Part shown: piece by piece, positions 61,467 through 64,000 of the stretch | How positions within the stretch are numbered: the stretch's first letter is position 1 | How the letters are laid out: each line of letters opens with the position of its first letter | NCBI GenBank assembly: GCA_043228905.1 | Contig: JBHGNT010000014.1 | Location: forward strand, 10,478,001-10,542,000 | Direction of reading: 5' to 3' | From: Azolla caroliniana | Lineage: Eukaryota; Plantae; Polypodiophyta | Length of the DNA stretch: 64,000 nt | Translations under genes and position numbers: made by a program | The notes under the pieces: model-generated | Told to the model about the DNA's origin: nothing | What the model saw: only the letters and a program-made list of their open reading frames with translations | The model's database searches: none

Positions 61467-64000
61467 GCGTGGGTGGAACCCATAGTCTGCGAACAAGGGT
61501 GTTATGCTAGTTGTTGTGTGGAGAGTATTGTTGTAGACGAACTCGGCCATTGGAAGAAATTTGATCCAATCATCTTGTCGATAACTTATCATACATCGGA
61601 GATATTGCTCTAGAATCTGATTCACTCATTCCGTTTGTCCATCTGTCTCACGATGGAAGGCTGTTGAAAATTTGGTAGAAGTTCCAAGTGTCTAGAAGAG
61701 GCATTTCCAGAAATGAGACATAAATTGGGGATCGTGATTAGAGATAATGTCATCCGGTAAAGCGTGAAGGCGCACAATATTTGTTAATAATAGATCTGTT
61801 GTTTCCATCCTTGAAATTGTCTTAGAACCTAGAATAAAGTGTGCCATCTTTGTGAATCTATCAACCACCACCAATATTGAATTGAATCCATCAATGTCTG
61901 GAAGGTCAGTGATAAAGTCCGTCGAGATGGAGGCCCATGGCCTATTTGGATTTGGCAAAGGTTGAAGTAGACCATAGGGACGATGATGTACTGCTTTGGC
62001 GCAGGCACATGTATCACATGTTTTCACGAATTCTTTAACAAGTGTCCAAGGTTGTGGCCACCAATAACTTCTAGATATTAACTCCAAAGTTTTTGCAATG
62101 CCAAAATGTCCGGCTAGGGCATCATCATGGCATTCCCTGACTGATACAGTTACGAAAAGGATCATCTGGGACATACATTAAGTTGTACCGGAAAAGAAAA
62201 CCATCCCGAAATATAAATTGGTGATGAATATTCCGTACCTCGCCTTTGGATGAGTTGTTAACATTGTCCCTAATCTCTTGTGCAAATTTGTCAATGGCAG
62301 TATTTGTGGCTATTGCATTGAGTAATGATTCATCCATGGCCATATAAGTTGCACAGAGTTGAAATTGATGTGGCTATAGGAGACAATGTGATTGTTGATT
62401 TTAGGCTGCATCCCCTGACCAAATTTCCAATTCCGAACATCGAGATAGGGCATCGACTTTACCATGTTGGGCCAGGACGAAAAACAATTTCAAAGTCGCA
62501 ATCAGCCAAGAAGGTCAACCATCGTGCTTGCCTTCAATTCAAAATGTGAGTATTGGTGAAGTAGACAAAGTTCTTTTGATCAATCATCACCTGGATACGG
62601 TGTTGGGCGCCCGCCAAGTAAGGACACCATTCTTCAAAGGCGGCGATAATGGTAGAGAGTTCTTTGCCATAAATTGGGTAGTTGATATCGGGGGGTGTGA
62701 ACTTCCTAGAATATAAGGCAATAGGATGAAGGATCCCGTTTTTATCTGATTGAGAGAGAATGGCACCCATGGCGAAGTCAGAGGCATAAGTTTCGACTAT
62801 AAATGGTTTGATCAAATCTGGATGAAAAAGTACCAGAGTCGAGGTAAAAGCTTTCTTTAGTGTCTCGAATGTCAGTTGGGTTGTTGGAGTCCAGCAAAAA
62901 GGGGAATCCTTCCGAGTGAGTGGTATAAGTGGTTGTGCTAGTGTAAGGAATCCTTGGATGAATCGACGATAGAAGTTGACAAAACCCAAAAATGTTTGTA
63001 CATCCTTGACCTTGGTGGGGACTTCCCACTCTTGAACGGTTGCGACTTTCTTCTTGTCCATATTGAGACCATAAGATGAAATGACGTACCCGAGGAACTC
63101 AACTGAGGTTCGATCAAATTCACACTTCCTGGGTTTCGCATAAAGTCCATGTTCCCGAAGTTTGGACAAGATAAGTCACACGTGCTTGCTATGCTCTATG
63201 TAGTCCTATGAGAAGATAAGTATGTCGTCGAGATTGATGACCACAAATTCGTCTAGATATTTTCAAAAGATATCATTCATCATATGTTGAAAAACAACAG
63301 GAGTGTTTGTGAGACCAAATGGCATACCATGTATTCAAAATGCTCGTACTTGGTTTGAAATACCGTTTTCCACTCATCTCCAGGCTTGATACATACCAAG
63401 TTGTAGGCGCCTCTGAAATCGATTTTGGAGAATATACGCCCAGCCCGACGTCGGTCGAGGAGTTCGAGGATTAGAGGCAGTGAATAGCGGTTTCGAACAG
63501 TGACTCAATTGAGCCCGCAATAGTCGACACATAAGCATAGAGTTCCATCTTTCTTTTTGACAAATAGAATAGGAGAGTCAGCTGGAGATTTTGAGTGGCG
63601 AGTGAATCCCTTTGCGAGATACTCTTCAATGTATATTTTCAGGGCCTTGAGTTTAGGTTCAAATAACTCATAGATAGAGCCAAAAGGAGGACAAACACCA
63701 TCTTTCAAGTCAATTGGACAATCGTATGGGTGATGTTCACGAAGACGATCAGCATTTTCTTCTCCAATACATCAGAGAAATCATTGTATTTTGATGGAAA
63801 AGAGCTACTACATAGGGTAGTGTCTGGAGTGGACATGACCGCCATGTCCTTAGAATTAGAAATGGATGCAATTAACACCGTATCAATTACCCGAGCAAGA
63901 GTGGAATCTGTTTCTGAGGCTGATGCGGTTTGAACTATCGATGTAGTTTCTATTGGAGCAATCGATGACATGGTTCTTGTTGAAGAGGAAATGGGAGTGA
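61467..64000 (-). mobile_element. pol: Chromovirus/Tf2-like (Tcn1-type) Gypsy pol, decayed: RT-RNaseH-IN
   Basis: SPILFVKKKDGTL.LCVDY, KCEF..VEFLGY, FLGFVNFYRRFI, ETYASDFAMGA, AGHFGIAKT, PYGLLQPLP..RPWASISTDFITDLP, VVVDRFTKMAHF. Confidence 0.9.

Overview
This is repeat-saturated plant nuclear DNA with no recognisable host protein gene. The TTTAGGG repeats and plant-type tRNAs indicate a plant; the retroelement lineages suggest a non-seed plant such as a fern, lycophyte or bryophyte (inference). The centre (~12.5-54.3 kb) is an AT-rich macrosatellite built from tRNA genes. Its ~0.81-0.84 kb monomer carries tRNA-Asn(GTT); its ~1.63-1.65 kb higher-order dimer carries tRNA-Asn (+), tRNA-Thr (-) and a fixed Asn pseudogene (+). 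About 40 tRNA-derived copies were counted by eye, a handful of them apparently intact. The array is interrupted by an RT-less Copia, a hAT-type insertion (8-bp TSD), an L1-type LINE (18-bp TSD) that itself holds a pol-less Gypsy, and a Trp-primed double-LTR Gypsy. The flanks are nested Gypsy/Copia elements plus a nearly intact two-ORF LINE. Most notable: (1) the tRNA higher-order satellite, with a Thr gene that looks anticodon-switched; (2) a LINE whose ORF1 and ORF2 are in frame and separated by one UGA-CGG stop with a downstream hairpin (possible readthrough); (3) a Gypsy group with TGTCG...CGACA termini whose readable insertion junctions are CG-centred 4-mers and whose LTRs carry decayed tRNA-like modules; (4) a Gypsy family with a retained extra coiled-coil ORF and no visible polypurine tract. 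All coordinates and counts were read by eye.
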